64,000 bases of DNA from Narcine bancroftii. Taxonomy: Eukaryota. The position numbers and the translations under genes are program-made. The stretch spans positions 84,072,001 to 84,136,000 of the forward strand of contig NC_091480.1 in assembly GCF_036971445.1 (NCBI RefSeq). The letters are read 5' to 3'. How positions within the stretch are numbered: position 1 is the stretch's first letter; the number at the start of each line of letters is the position of its first letter. Positions 10,986-24,935 of the stretch are shown one piece after another. The notes below the pieces were generated by a model. The model was given only the letters and a program-made list of their open reading frames with translations. It ran no database searches and had not been told where the DNA came from.

Positions 10986-11693
10986 AAAATTCCGCTGCCC
11001 TTGTCCAACCTTGCACTGACTCATTCACATGGACACCAGGGTCATCAAGCAACAGCTTGATTTCAGAAATCTCATCCACATCCTTGAAACGCTGCAAGGC
11101 TTGGCCCTTCACCATCCCTGAAAGTCGCTTTCACTGCCAGCCCAAATCCAGCAACTTCCATTTCGCAGATGATCATTTATTTTTATAATTCAAGATAACT
11201 CCTCTGCTTTGTCCTTCACTTTTCTGGTCCAAGTGACATGTTTACTAGATGACAACTCAACAAATCTAAGTCAGTTGTAGATAATTGTTTGCAGGTCACA
11301 GTAATAAATATTGCACAAACAAACATGACTTGGCAAGTGTCCCTTGAAAGATTGGTTTAAAAACACTTAAAAGTGATGGAACTCAAAATTGTGAGTCATT
11401 GATGAAATGGACTTGAGTCGTGGATTATCATTAATCCAGAGGATACTGAAAGAGGTTTGAGCAAAGAATTGTTATATATAAATTAGCCATCACTATTGAA
11501 TTTATTGTAACAGTTGAAGTAATTTTATGGTCATTACTTTTGTAAGGTGTTTGTACATTCCCCGCCCTATCTGTATTGGTTTCTTCTGGGAGCTCCGGTT
11601 TCCTCCCACTGTTCAAAATGTAGGTCAATTTGGTGTAATTGGGCAGCACTGGCTCGTGGGCCAAGAGGATCTGTTACTGTGCTGTATGTCTCA

Positions 11694-11903
11694 ATTTAAA
11701 AAAAAACTAAAAAAAGAAAATTAAGGATATTCAGAACATGATCGAACATCAAGGCCGAACCCACGTTTAAAATGTGTTCAACTTTTAAAAAAAATCAATT
11801 TTAAAAAAAACTAAAAAAAGAAAATTAAGGATATTCAGAACATGTTCGAACATCAAGGCCGAACCCACGTTTAAAATGTGTTCAACTTCTTAAAAAAATC
11901 AAT
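11694..11903. repeat. Direct tandem duplication with a period of about 104 bp
   Basis: CTAAAAAAAGAAAATTAAGGATATTCAGAACATG...TGTTCAACTT begins at 11707 and again at 11811. Confidence 0.9.
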
Positions 11904-12539
11904 GTGAATTGGTGGTATATTCACACTGAAAAGCTTACATATTCTTGAAGTTCTGACATGTTTAACATGGATGATAAACTGTTGGGGAAGTCTCAAATCA
12001 AACCTGCAATAAAAACAACAGATTTTCACATAAAGCAGATTGGAAATAATAAAACAGCCTTAACCAAAGGATAAAAGCAGAACTCTGGGAGGACACGACA
12101 TGGGAGGAAGAGCAGACAATCCTCTGATTCTCGAGAGTTGATGGAGAGTTTTATAAATGCAAGTGACCCACATTTAGATAAATAGAACAAGTCTGATAAT
12201 TTCACTCCTGTGTATAGTACAAAGAAGCATCAAAAGAAATACAAACATTTTTTGATCCAAGATGTCAAATACACATAGACCTCAGCTCCGTCTGCTGCAA
12301 TATCGTGGATCTCCCAGTAGCCACCCATTTCAATTCCCCACCCTATTCTGCTGACGTGTCTGTCCAAGGTCTCATGCACTGCCTGAGTGAGACCACTTGC
12401 AAATTGGAGGAACAGCACCTCGTCTTCCATCTGGCGCCTTCCAACCGGATGCCATTAACATAATATTCTCTGGTTTCCATTAACTCCCCCCCCCCACCCC
12501 CTTCTTCTTCCCTCTGTTGCCTTCTCAGCTCTGTCTTGG

Positions 12540-13415
12540 TTATTGCCCGGATGATAACGCCATCTACAAATTTGCTGATTATACCATGGTGGTGGATTGT
12601 ATAAAGAAAGGTGATGAGGCAGCTTAGAGAATAAAGATTGAAAACTTGGCTGAATGGTGCACCAGTAACAACCTCATACCCAATGTCACCAAAACTAAGG
12701 AGCAGATTGTTGACTTCAGGAAGGGAAAGCCAGGGGTTTACAATCCAGTGATCATTGGGGGGATCAGAGATGAGAGGGTGAGCAAATTTAACTTCTTGGG
12801 AGTCACTATCTCGGAGGATCTTTCCTGGACCCAACACACCAAAGGTATCGTGAAGAAAGCACGAAGAAAAAACTCTACTTCCTCAAGAGTTTGTGGAGGT
12901 TTGGTACAACACCAGAAACCCTGTCAAATTTCTACAGATATCTGGTGGAAAGTGGCTGCATTACGGTGTGGTATGGAAACACCAATACCCCTGAACATAA
13001 AGCCCTTCAAAAAGCAGTGGACGCAGTCCTACAGGGAGCACTGCTGTCACAGAGCAGCAGCAATCATCAAAGATCCACACCACCCAGCACATGCTCTGTT
13101 CTCACTGCTACCATCAGGTAAGAGGTGTAGGTCCCACAAGACTCACAGCTGCTACCCCTTCTTCATCAGACTCCTCAATAACAAAGTCAATCATGGACTC
13201 ATTTAAGGACACTTTCATGTGCACTTTATTGATTTTGTTTTAAGTTTTCTTCGTATTAGCAGTTTACATTCATTATCTGTTTGCAGTTCTTTTATTTGTT
13301 TACATGTTTACGCTGTGTACTTCCAATAAGCAGTCATTCTGCCTGGCCCACAGGAAAAAGGAATCTCAGGGTTGTATGTGATGTCATGTATGTACTCTGA
13401 CAATAATTCTGAAAT
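12540..13415 (+). mobile_element. Rex1/Babar-like LINE 3' fragment nested in a Penelope-like remnant (about 12280-13660)
   Basis: KFAD.T.VV, WCTSNNL..NVTKTKE.IVDFRK, FLGVTISEDLSW, IIKDPHHPAHALFSLLPSGKR. Related fragments at about 39810-40205(-), 44300-45110(-), 45255-45770(-) and 50330-51230(+). Confidence 0.75.
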
Positions 13416-14253
13416 ACATCTAAATCTCTCTCTTTCCCTTTACCTCTGTCTTTCACAGAGTCAAATCAATTCTCTCCTTTCCAATTAACACCTTTTTTGA
13501 CTATTAGTCTGGACTCCTCCCCCTCCCATTCATTCTTCTGTCTTTAATCAGATGTCTTCCTGTTTTTTGTTTGTGCCTTGAAGAAGGGCTGAGACGTCAG
13601 TAATACATCTTTACTTCCTGTGAATGCTGTGTGACTGGCTGAGATCCTGCAGCATTTTATCATCCAATATATATATATTCAATTAAAGAAGTATAAAGAT
13701 TGAGAACGAGTGCTTCGAAAGAGGGCTGTTTTTATTAATTTAGATGCACAGCATGGTAACAGGCCCTTCCAGCCTATTAAATACACCCATTTGATCAATT
13801 GACCTTTCTAACCTGTACCTCTCTGGAATGTGGGAGTAAACCGGAGCACCCAGATGACACAGGGAGAACTCCTAACAGACAGTGTCGGATTCGAACTCTG
13901 GTTCCTGGCATGGTAATAGCATTACACTAATCTTATGAATGAAAATTAAGACATAACTCTTTCAAGCTTTTATTACAATAGCTTGTCTTTATTTGAAGGC
14001 ACCCAATGGAATTGACTGAGGCTAATAGAGTGCATCATTTGTATGTAACAGAGCAATTTCATCTTTGCATTAATGCAAAACATGCAGAATGATTGCAACC
14101 TGGATGCATTTCAACTTTGAGCTCAAAGCACCCTGAACATTACAAATGCCTATTCCAAGATGAGCTAAAGCATGGCATATCTGGGAAATGAAGGTCTTTT
14201 TTTTCCCCACATTCTGCCATTCATTCATTTAATTTTGCCTTTCTCAATTTTAG

Positions 14254-14542
14254 GTACCTCTAACTCTTTTGAAGCAAAAGATGTTGAATATAAACTCAAA
14301 TCTATCCCATGGAGACGTGACCAGAAGGTACATGTACCCACAGTGAAAAGAAAGATATTCGAGACGGAGAATGAAGCTGCTTTCAGAACTGGAACAAAAA
14401 TGCCCAGATACCTGAATTTTGTAAACACGGCTAAGAAAAATAAATGGGGTCATTATCAAGGTTACAGGATTCAAGTGGTAAGCTTCAACCCTGACAGTGT
14501 ACCAGAAGATAGTCCAGATGAAAAAGGCATCTCCTGGCAAAG
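14254..14542 (+). CDS. AOC3: Copper amine oxidase exon 2
   Basis: Acceptor TTTTAG| at 14253; encodes TSNSF...PRYLNF...NKWGHYQGYRIQ...ISWQ; donor AG|GTATAA. Phases match exons 1 and 3. Confidence 0.93.
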
Positions 14543-14984
14543 GTATAAACTTTCCCTCATGCTCACTGAAGGTTCTTCTCCTGAGAATAATGGAAACTTT
14601 TATTATAAAAGTAAACGATGTTTCTAAGTACATGGTGTTTTTAATTGATCAATAATGAAAAGAAGTTACACAATGGGGATGTACTAAGATGAAAAAATGT
14701 GGCTAACTTGTATCTGTGTGCTCATACAAAATTCCACTTCAGATGTTTTATAATTATCTTGGAATTGACTTTAGGATAAGAATTATATTTGAATGTAGAA
14801 AAGGACATAAAGGAAGAAAGTATAGTGTAGTCACAGGTTTAAAAATCATTACCTCTGGTCCTCCTTCTCTCTTTGTCTATCCATTACTGTCCATTTTATA
14901 ACCCCTCTTCTGATAGGAGAGAATCTGTGGTTATGCCTTCACAGATAACAGACATTCACAGGGTGGCACAGTCAGAATTATGGT

Positions 14985-15705
14985 TATTATTTAAATGGTG
15001 AAAAACTTGCAGCATGCTGTAGTGCAGAAGGACTTGGGAGGGCTTGTGCATGAATTACAAAAAGTTGGGTTGGAGGTACAACAAATGGAATGTTGGCCTT
15101 CGTCGCTACAGGAATTGAATTCAAGACCGGGGTGGGGGGGGGTGGGGTCATGCTGCAATTATACAAGGTACTGGTAAGGTCGTACCTGGAGTACTGGGTG
15201 CAGTTCTGGTCTCCGTACTTGAGGAAGGATATACTGGCCTTGAAGGCAGTCCAAAGGAGGTTCACCAGGTTGATCCTAGAGATGACGGGGTTGACCTACA
15301 AGGAGGATAATACTCACTCGAATTCAGAAGAATTAGAGGAGATCTGATAGAAACATAAAATTGTGAAACGGATATATAAGATAGAGGCAGGAAAATTGTT
15401 TTCACTGGTAGGTGAGACCAGAACTAGGGGACACAGCCTCAAGATTCAAGGGAGTAGATTTAAGATGCTGAGAAAAAACTGAGTAGTGAATCTCTGCCCA
15501 GGGAAGCGGTTAAGGCTACTTCATTAAACATATTTAAGGTTCAGTTAGACAGATTTTTACATAAAAAAAAGAATGAAGGGATATGGGGGAAAAAGCAGGT
15601 AGGTGGAGTTGAGTCAATGAACAGATCAGCCACTATCTTATTGAATGGTGGAGCAGGCTCGATGGGCCAGATGGCCAACTCCTGCTCCTAATTCTTATGT
15701 TCTTA
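14985..15705 (+). mobile_element. CR1 LINE 3' fragment
   Basis: LYKVLVRSYLEYWVQFWSPYLRKDILAL..VQRRFTRLI and 3' tail CCTGCTCCTAATTCTTATGTTCTTATG. Other CR1 3' ends at about 25620-26760, 29515-29890, 36120-36390, 42640-43510(-), 46190-46770, 47850-48720, 55590-56100 and 59820-60280(-). Confidence 0.85.
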
Positions 15706-16059
15706 TGTTACAGGATCAGGGACCGCCATCTGAATCGGCATTGTCTGTAAGGAGTTCGTATGATCTCCCTGTATCTATGTGGGTTTCCTCCGGGAGCTCC
15801 AGTTTCCTTCAAAACGTACCAGATGTTGTAGGGCAATTGGGTGTAATTGGGCAGTACGGACTCATGGGCTGGAAGGGCCTGTTACCGTGCTGTATGCCAA
15901 AAAAATTCCTCTTTAGTCTGTTAGCTGAAAAGGAATGTTTTCCCGAGGATTAAAGCATACTGAAGAGTTATAAAGGAGGGGAAAAAAATGCATCAACATT
16001 TGAATCTGTTTACATTCCAGGGACAACTCCAGTAAAAAACATTGTTTTATCTATTGTAG

Positions 16060-16189
16060 ATACCAGTTGGCAGTGACAAAACACAAAGATGGAGAACAAA
16101 CAAGCAGCAGTATATACAATCAGAATAATATGTGGAATCCCCCCATTTATTTTGATGAGTTTATCAATGGCGAAAGCATTAAGAATGAG
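16060..16189 (+). CDS. AOC3: Copper amine oxidase exon 3 (130 bp; not in the ORF track)
   Basis: TTGTAG|A TAC CAG TTG GCA GTG ACA... translates to YQLAVTKHKDGEQTSSSIYNQNNMWNPPIYFDEFINGESIKNE, followed by donor GT. Confidence 0.93.
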
Positions 16190-17035
16190 GTTTGTTCTTG
16201 AGTTTTACTGCAATAACTTGTTTGACCATTTATCCTTGACCTGCAGGGCGTGGATACAAATGTGATTCCCCAGATGGAGGAGTGGTGGGTGTCCCCCAAA
16301 ATGAGGTGCTGTAACCTCCCCCCCCACCAATACGGTCATTGCCATTCTTGGCGATCAAACCCGCCCCATTCCCTCCCGTGTCCGTATTGTCTAGGTTGAC
16401 GCACGCTAGCAACTCTCCACCCACCCCCGACCACGTCACAAGCATGTGTCAAGTGCCAGCAGCATCTAGTAACGCTTGACGCAATAAAAAGACCAGCTTC
16501 CCATCCCACGACAGAGGGATGGCCTCAATGAAAGGTTGGGTCCTGCCAGCAATGCCCCTCCCCCCCCCACCCCATCAACAGGTCAGTCCCTGCCAGCAAC
16601 CCCCACCTCCCACCGTGGACAGGTTGGTCCCTGCCAACAAAACCACCCCATCGACAGGTCAGTCCCTGCCCCCCTCTAACTCGCTAATGCCCTCCTGCAA
16701 TATATGTTCTGGCGCTGATCCTTGTGGGTATATAAAACCTGGGCATCTGATAGGCCATGCAATGTTGCAAGTCATGGTAAACCTTGCAGACGGAAAGCTC
16801 TCTGTTGGATAATCTGACATCAGACAGCACAGCTTGTATGATGCTACAAATAGTGCCAATAGGCTTTGGCAAAGAGGGTATTTTTGTTGGGCCCCATGTA
16901 GCATCAGAGAAACATCAAGCCATAGAGCTCCTTTTGGAGCAATGAGTCCACATGGAATATCATGCTCTTACACTAATCCTTCATCTCCCTGATTTGAGTT
17001 TCCTTTTGTTGTTCAATATTCCCTTTATTGTCATG

Positions 17036-17850
17036 TCATCATCATGTCTTGGCTTCGCGGACAAAGATTCAGGAAGGATCGTAGATGTGGGCACGTCCTT
17101 CGAGCCAGTGCAGTGGATTTTTTAGGTGGGGTGCAGTGTGCGCAATACTGGCCCCACCCTTTACACCTGGGGTTCATCTGCCACAACTCAACACGCTGGG
17201 ACAATGACAGCTGGGTCGTAGGCATTGCATCAGAGTGTCCTTCTAGTTGGATTTCAAATCCGGGCAGATGGGGCTCGTTAGCCTTATCAGGCCATCCAGT
17301 TATACCGCCTGACACTTGGCCATGCCATGACGTAGCAAATTCAGTGAAAATGGGGGACACCGATGAGAAGGTGTTCCTATGGACACAGTAATGGAGGGTC
17401 CATTTGCAGTGACCTCTTGCCTGGCAACCTGGACAGTGGCCACACCAGGGTCAGCACCAGAACGAGCGTTAGAGGAGGGTAATAGGATAATCGGATGGGG
17501 CACAATCCAACAGTCGTAAACTCGATTAGTTTGAGGGGGAGGAGGGGTTTGCTGGTGGTTGCCTACCTGCCGAGCAGACGCAACCCTCCTCCGTCCCTCT
17601 GATGGAGCAGCTGAAAGTGCAGCTTTTATTGCATGTGGAGTCACTCGCCTGGTCAAGCTGGATGATGGTGACTCTTGATGTATGCTAGCGACGCGGGCGG
17701 GGGGCAGGTCTGATGGCGAGTGATGGCTGCGAGTGTAAGGAGCCCTTGGCTCCAACCATGGGCCACGCAGTGATCACTACACTGAGAAAGGAGAGGCGGT
17801 GTATTACGCGTGCACTTTCCCAGGGTGAGCAGGACCTCACCCGCCCCTCA
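17036..17850 (-). mobile_element. Non-autonomous RTE-like retroposon
   Basis: End TTGGCTTCGCGGAC(A/G)AAGATT is shared with the fragment at 63005-63157. It interrupts the tail of another retroposon (TTTATTGTCATG on its left side). Confidence 0.55.
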
Positions 17851-18552
17851 TAAAAATACATAAAGATGTAATATATTGAGTTTTTGTCAGTCATAAGGCA
17901 AGCAAAGAGTTGCCATGAGCATTGTCTGGCATCCCTAACAATAAGAAAAAGAAAATCCCATCAGAGGCACTGGGTGTCAGTGGATTTGGTTCCAGTGCTC
18001 CTGCAGCCATTCCTACTCAAAGCATTACAGCCCAAACTCCAGGTCCAAATCTCTGATACGATCAGGAAGCCTCCATCTGGGAGCACTTCTTGCCCTCAGC
18101 ACCCTCTCGAAACCCAGCTCTGGTTCCCATGAAACAGCCTGTGCGAATCTTTCGACCACGAGTCGCTGACCGCCTGCCGCCTGTGTGGGTCTTTCAGGTG
18201 CTGAGCCACTTCCCCCAGCCCCCTCCCCCTCCCCACAAATTCTTATGCACCAGGGACAATATATAGTGCCAATTAATCTGCACATCTTTGGAATGTGGAA
18301 AGAAAGCAGAGCGCCCACGGGAACCCAAGATAGTCAAGAGAGATTATGCAAACTCCCAACAGGTTACTCTGGAGGTCAGGAGTGAAAACACTGCAGTGCA
18401 GAACTCCGCAGAAATATGCCCATGAATTTGATTATGACTCAGTGGTTTTCCAATCCTTCTGTCCACAAGGAATAATTGCATGATGTGTTAATGGGATTTT
18501 ATTTTATTTGTGTTTCAAACAATCTAACAACATGCCTCTTGTATCGAAACAG

Positions 18553-18816
18553 GACCTAGTAGCCTGGATAACAGCTGGATTTCTTCACATCCCCCATGCA
18601 GAAGATGTTCCGAATACTGCTACAGTCGGAAATGGAGTTGGCTTATTTCTGAAACCACTCAACTATTTTAACAATGACCCTTCCGTTTATGCTCAAGATG
18701 CCGTGTACATCGATCCTTCCAAAGGAACAAATGAATGTGTGAATAACCCCATGGCTTGTCTATCAGACATTTCCTACTGTATACCGGACTTGCCAGAATT
18801 TACCTATGGACATTAA
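18553..18816 (+). CDS. AOC3: Copper amine oxidase exon 4 (to TAA); spliced CDS 2256 nt = 751 aa
   Basis: AACAG|GAC CTA GTA gives DLVAWITAGFLHIPHAEDVPNT (third Cu-binding His) ... PEFTYGH*. Confidence 0.93.
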   Translation, partial: DLVAWITAGFLHIPHAEDVPNTATVGNGVGLFLKPLNYFNNDPSVYAQDAVYIDPSKGTNECVNNPMACLSDISYCIPDLPEFTYGH

Positions 18817-19919
18817 CTGTTTCCAAGCAATTTGACTTCTTTACAGCAAGTAGCAATCTCTCACTCGCCATAACTTTTTACTGAACATGAAAAAATAACT
18901 TTTATAGGTCCTATAGTCCTATAGTCTATACTAAATTTTTTAATTTTACATGTAAATTTTAAAAAAAATTAGATACACAGCCTTTCTGGCCCATGAGCTC
19001 GTGCAGCCCAATTGACCTACAAATCCGGTATGTTTTTGAAGGGTGGGAGGAAACCGGAGGTCCCAGAGGAAACCCATGCAGTCACAGGGAGAAGTTACAA
19101 ACTCCACGAAGACAGCTCTGGATTCCAACCCCGGTCGCTGGCATTTTCACAGCATTGTGCTGGCCACTACACGAACCGTGCCGCCTTTTAGACATGCAGC
19201 ACGGTAACAGGCCCTTCCAGGCCATAAGCCAGTGCCGCCCAATTGCACTCAATTGAGCTACAGCCCCAGGTATGTTTTTGAAGGGTGGGAGGAAACCAGA
19301 ACACCTGTAGAAAACCCACACAGACACAGGGAGAACATACAAACCCCCCCCCCCATTTGAAACCCCCCCCCCCCCCATCAGTCCCGATCACTGCCACATT
19401 GCACTAACTGTGCCTCTAGATGGGATTTATTTCATAGCTCAGTTGTTGCCTAGTTTTAAATACGTAATTAATCAAATGACAGAGGCCATAAAAGAGCAGC
19501 TTTTATAAATTCCTGGACTCAAGGAAATGGAGAGTTCCAGAGGCTCCATAAAAATTTCATCTGTTACATTTTAATTGCCAGAAAATCCTCCTGGGGATTC
19601 AGCTCCTTAAAAATTTCCCATGGATGTGCTTTCGTCGAAAATAGGCTTACAAGGTTGATAGGAGTTATTCCACCTGAATACTCCTAATTGGTTTAACGAG
19701 AGGCTGACACCGAAAGGAGTTAAATATTTATTCTCATCCAAAGATTGCAGTATTGGTAATAGTGTTTTGATTCACAAAACCACATCTCTGGTTTCTTACA
19801 ACACAAATAATGGGAGATTAATGCACGAGATTGTTGAATCTTTGAGATGATTGCTGGGTAGTTTGGGGATTGAGTTCTGTGATGCTGTTCATTTAACATA
19901 TGTACTTGTGTAATCGTTG

Positions 19920-20310
19920 ATCCTGTGTAATATTTGACCCCGCTCCCCCATTCCTTTCTTTTGGCCCATATGACCTGTGTAAACGTTGACCCCCCTTTTT
20001 TTGGCCCCGACCGCCAGCCCAACCAAGCTCTTGACACCCTGGCCACTTGCCCTTCCGAGCTCCCAGTGACCCGGCCACCCTTCCACCGGAGCTCCCAACA
20101 CCCCGGCTGTGAATCCTTCCCCCAGCCACCCACCTGAGCTCAGGAGGCCCTGAACGTGGACTCGCCATGCAAGCTGTCGACACCTTGAACAATGCAGGTA
20201 CTTAACGCAGTCAAAAGTATGACCTATGTAAAAGTCGACCCCCCCCCCTCTCAATTTAACCTAAAAAACTGGTCCAAAAAAATTCAATGATTATGTGAGT
20301 ATATACACTA
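19920..20310. mobile_element. Probable Tc1/mariner-type non-autonomous element remnant
   Basis: Repeated GTAAA(N)GT(C/T)GACCCC motifs and a terminus ...GAGTATATACACTA. Confidence 0.4.
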
Positions 20311-20531
20311 TCCTTAAGAAGGAATTAATCCATTGGTGAGTTACAGCAAGTTTCACATTACAAAACACCTGCAAAGAAAGTGGACCACTTTGCACCTAAT
20401 TTGCCACACCTCCAACCCTGTACATAGATTTTATAAGATAAAGGTATCTCCTAAATGTTCTATTTAAAAATAAATATGCTCATCGTATCTTCCATAAATA
20501 TCATGGAGTCAGTAAACTTGAAATTCCAGCG

Positions 20532-20875
20532 TAGTGGTTTTCAAACTATCCCCCCCCCCCACTCCAAACTCACATTCCACCATATGCTCTGTGATTAGTA
20601 AGGGATTGCTTAAGGTGGTACGTGGGTGGAAAGGAAAGGTTTGAAAGCCACTGTTTTAATCCTACCTCATTGACTCGTTATGTGCATGGTTTCATAAACT
20701 CCAAAGGAAATGGGCCAATGACAATTTTTCTCAAGCAAAATATTTCAGTAACAATTGGGTCTAGAGCAGTGGTTCGCCACCTTCCCTTCCCACTTATATC
20801 CCACCTTTACCAATCGCAGAGCATAGGAATTGCTTAAGGTGGAATGGGAGTTTGGGGGGCAGTTTGAAAACTAGG
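20532..20875. mobile_element. Composite hAT-type MITE pair (copy 2, opposite orientation)
   Basis: Same two palindromic units and the same spacer, reverse-complemented. Confidence 0.7.
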
Positions 20876-23800
20876 TCTAGTGCATAGACCTTTCAATCTG
20901 TGATTCCAAAGTGCGGCAGATTGCAGAGGTAAGGGACTATCTATAACAATAGAGCAAGTTATTTAGAGGGGGTGAACCAAGCCATAGCCCTTAAATCACT
21001 GCCAACTTGCCTCAATTCTACTCCTCTCTATGTTCTGTAATTGCTTCTCTCTCCCTCTCCCTCTCCATATCTCCTTCATTTTCTATATTGTGGCTGTGGA
21101 ATATATCTTTCCCTCAGATCAGTGGCCTACTCTCCATGGATCTGCTAGCCAAGGATGCTGTCGAACAAGGACCTGCCACATGCTTCACAAGTGAAGCATG
21201 CAGGTTATAGATGTAATGTTCTTAAAAGAGAGGAAACCAAAATAATAATTCTTGAAGCAGACAAAGAATTTCTGGAAGCACCTCAGCAAGTCAGTCAACA
21301 TCCATGGGTAGGAGTGGCCAGTCAGTATTTTGAGTCTGGATCCTTCATTAAGTCCCTCTGATGAATCTTTAACACTAGATTGTTTTGATTTTACAGTTTT
21401 TCTGATACTTCAGATCGGGCTACAATAGCTGGCCCATCAAAAGTATATGAAATCCAAATTCTGGACAATCATCCTTTAAATTTTAAACATATAAAGACAT
21501 TTTTATCACTTCACTTCAAAATGTATTTTAATATGCATGCCAACATGAAAAACAAAAACACCAAGAAAGTATAATTGTTAATATAAGCAGGGAAAAATAC
21601 ATGTAATCCTCAGGATGTGTGTACTTTGCAAAAATTGGATAAATTTGGTAAATGCCAATGTGTTGGATATTTTATTTCCACTTCAAATAAGGCAATAATG
21701 GTCATAAACTATCTGAGTTCATGTGATGTGAGTGGGTGTAGTGGTCCCATGTGTGGATGTTACAGCCAGCAGGAAAGTTATCTACAACAATACTATGTCA
21801 AAACTTCCTGTTGATACCAAGAGCAAGGTGAGCGTTTGGATCTGTGTTTGCCTCCACTGGCCCTCTGGAATCTACCAACCTTTTTGTGGAGGAAACGGTA
21901 ATCTCTATGAAAATTGATTTCCATTGATGAGATAATCCGTTACAGTCAGATCGCGTATGCTCATGCTCCATTCCACAGGGTAGGGACCAGCAGATCATTT
22001 TTGTTAACAGGTTTGTGGAATATGAAACACGGCTCCAAAGAAATCTTTGTCAAAACTTGATTACTGATTTTTTTTTTGGTATGTGATTTCCTCAAAGAAC
22101 AGAATTGTCCCAGTGAGAGGAAAACAGAAATAAATGTAGAGTCTTTTGGTAAAATAAAGAGCAGGGAAAGACCTTTTTCTTTTCTGTGTGCAGAAAATGC
22201 ATCTTGCCTGTTTTGTACAGCTTGAGGAATAGAAGGTTGCTTCTCGCTGGGGATATTACATTCAATTCTTTCTCACCACCAGGTTGTGTTAGGGAGCTTT
22301 AACATGGCTGTGGTCATATTCAGAGGTGCCAACTATAAATAATGCTGTCTTGTAATGTGATATCTTTTCCATTCAAATAATTTCTAATCGCATGTACAAT
22401 GCACAGAAAACAAACTCTTCACAGGCTGTTGCGACTGCTATGGACTATCTAATAAAATGAAATAGGATCTTGGGAGTTCTCATCAATATTAAAATCTGCA
22501 CTGCCCATATCAGCAAGATCACGAGTTTGCCACAGGTGGCCTCATCATTGTACAAGAACTGAAGGGAAAAGAAATCATTAATTCTTGGAAGTTGAATGTC
22601 TTGTTCAGCTGGTAAAGTCATCGATAACCTACAAGGTAAGCACCTTAGGATTCAGATTGGTACTAATTCTTGGGAGCTTGACATGTTATGTTAAAAACAA
22701 CAGCTCTCATGAATACAATACTATCCATTAATATACCAGCAATCCAGAAACTTGTCCCACTGATGCGCTCAAACCCTTCCGGGCAGCTGGGAAACTTGAA
22801 ATGAGCTAATTAAATGAGAAGCTATTTATTTGGACATGCAGCACGGTAACAGGCCATTTCGGCTCATGATTCCATGGAGCCCAATTTACACCCAATTAAC
22901 CTACACCCTCTGGTATGTTTCGAACAGTGGCTGGAAACCGAGCCCCTGAGGGAAAACCCACGCAGACATGGGGAGAGAGTACAAACTCCTTACGGACAGT
23001 GCGAGATTCAAACTCTGGTCCCAATTGCTAAACGCTACGCCAACTGTTCCGCCATGACTTTCAGTAATATTTTCCCTCTCTAATCCACACTCTGACATCC
23101 ACTCCTGTTCTCTGATTTTTTTCGCACCCTCCCACAGACCACTTCCCTTCAGCTCTGACACCCAACTCCATCGATGGACAAACCTGCCTGCATTCCTAGT
23201 CATTCTCAGTCTCAGCTACCCTTTGGCTCCATCTCCCAGCTCCTCACCAATACCCTCCTAGTGTTTCTACCAACCTGGCCCTGCTCCATTCACACTCCTG
23301 GCTCTGTCCCTAGCTCCATGACCACACCTCTACCATGCTCTGATAGTGGACCAGCAACAGCTGCCTTGAATTGGCTGCAAACACTTATTAACCATGAAGT
23401 TCCCAGTCATTACATTAAAAAAAACACTTCCAGCTGACTGATGTCTTTTTGAGGAAGAAAATCTCCTGTCTTGTGTTTTCTGGCCTATGTGTGACTTGAG
23501 ACCAGCTTAAATGTGAGGAACTGCAGCTCATCTTCCATCCAAGCACATTGAAGTCCTCTGTCCTCAACATTGAGCCATGCCAGATAACCCACTTATCCTA
23601 TCTTGAGTTATCCACCTTAACTCAGCTTTTCCACCTCTCTCCACAGTTGCGGCCAGATCTGTCAGACATTTCCAATATTCTCAGCATGGGAAAGGATACA
23701 GTAAAGATTCACAGGAATGTGGAGGCAATGAGAGGAGAGTTTATTATCAGTACATGCTGGTAAACAGATGCTCCGAAATTTTAATGCTGCAGCCTAACAG

Positions 23801-24069
23801 GTACAAAAGATTTACCAGATATTACTGTCGAGATTAAATTACCACAATATTGCCATGACAGAAAAAGTGAAAAAAATATAAAAGGATAGCAAAGTAAGGC
23901 CCCATAGAACCATAGAGCACTACAGCACAGAAAACAGGCTATTTGGCCCTTCTAGTCTGTGCCAAAACATTATTCCTTTAGTCCCATTGATCTGCACCCA
24001 TTGCTTAACCCTCCAGACCTCTCTCATCCATGTATCCATCCAATTTATTCTTAAAATTCAAGATTAAGT

Positions 24070-24935
24070 CCACTTTTACCAAGTCTCATTCCTTTGATTT
24101 CTGTCTATGCATGAAGTCCTTGCATGACATTTATCCTCCTCCACCTCACTATCTACTCTAGCACTCTGGTTCCCATCCCCCTGCCAATCTAGTTTAAGCC
24201 CCCGGAGCAGCCCTACCAAACCTGCCCGTGAGGATGTTAGCCCTCCTTCAGTTCAGGTGCAAACCATCCCATCAGAACAGGTCCTACCTTCCCTGGGACA
24301 GAGCCCAGTTGTCCAGAAACATGAAGCCCTATTTCTAGCCTCACTAACATGTGCAACGGGTAGCACTCTGAGATCGCAACTCTGGAGGTCCCGTCCTTTA
24401 ACTTGCACCTAACTCCCTAAACTCTTTTTGCGGGACCTCCTCATCCTTCCTTCCCACGACATTGGTCCCCACAATACTGAGAACTCGATCCGAGATATCG
24501 CGGCACCTGGCACAGGAAGACCATTAGGGTTTCTCGATCTCTCCCACAGAAGCTCTTATCTATCCCCCTAACTATTGAATCCCCTATCACTGCAGCTCTC
24601 CTCTTTTCCCTCCTTCCTTTTTGAACTGAGGCTCCAGTCTCAATGCCAGAGATGAGACCAACAGATTCCAAAAAGGTATACTTATCATTGATGGGAACAT
24701 CCACAGGGGTGCTCTGCTCCATCTGTCTATTTCCCTTCCCCTTCCCCTTCCCAGCTAGCTGCCTCCTGAATTTTGGGGATGACTGTCTCCCTGAAACTTC
24801 TATCACCCTCCCTGCCTCCCGAATGCTCTGGAATTCATCTAGCTCCATCTCCAGTTCCCTAACTCGGTTTGTCAGGAGCTGCAGGTGGATGCACCTTTTA
24901 CAGATGTAGTCCTCAGGGACTATGTGGTTTACTAC
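24070..24935 (-). mobile_element. CR1 ORF1 remnant (zinc-finger/leucine zipper plus SGNH esterase)
   Basis: YICKRCIHLQLL..RVRELEMELD and AAVIGDSIVRGID in ORF 24441..25064. Confidence 0.8.
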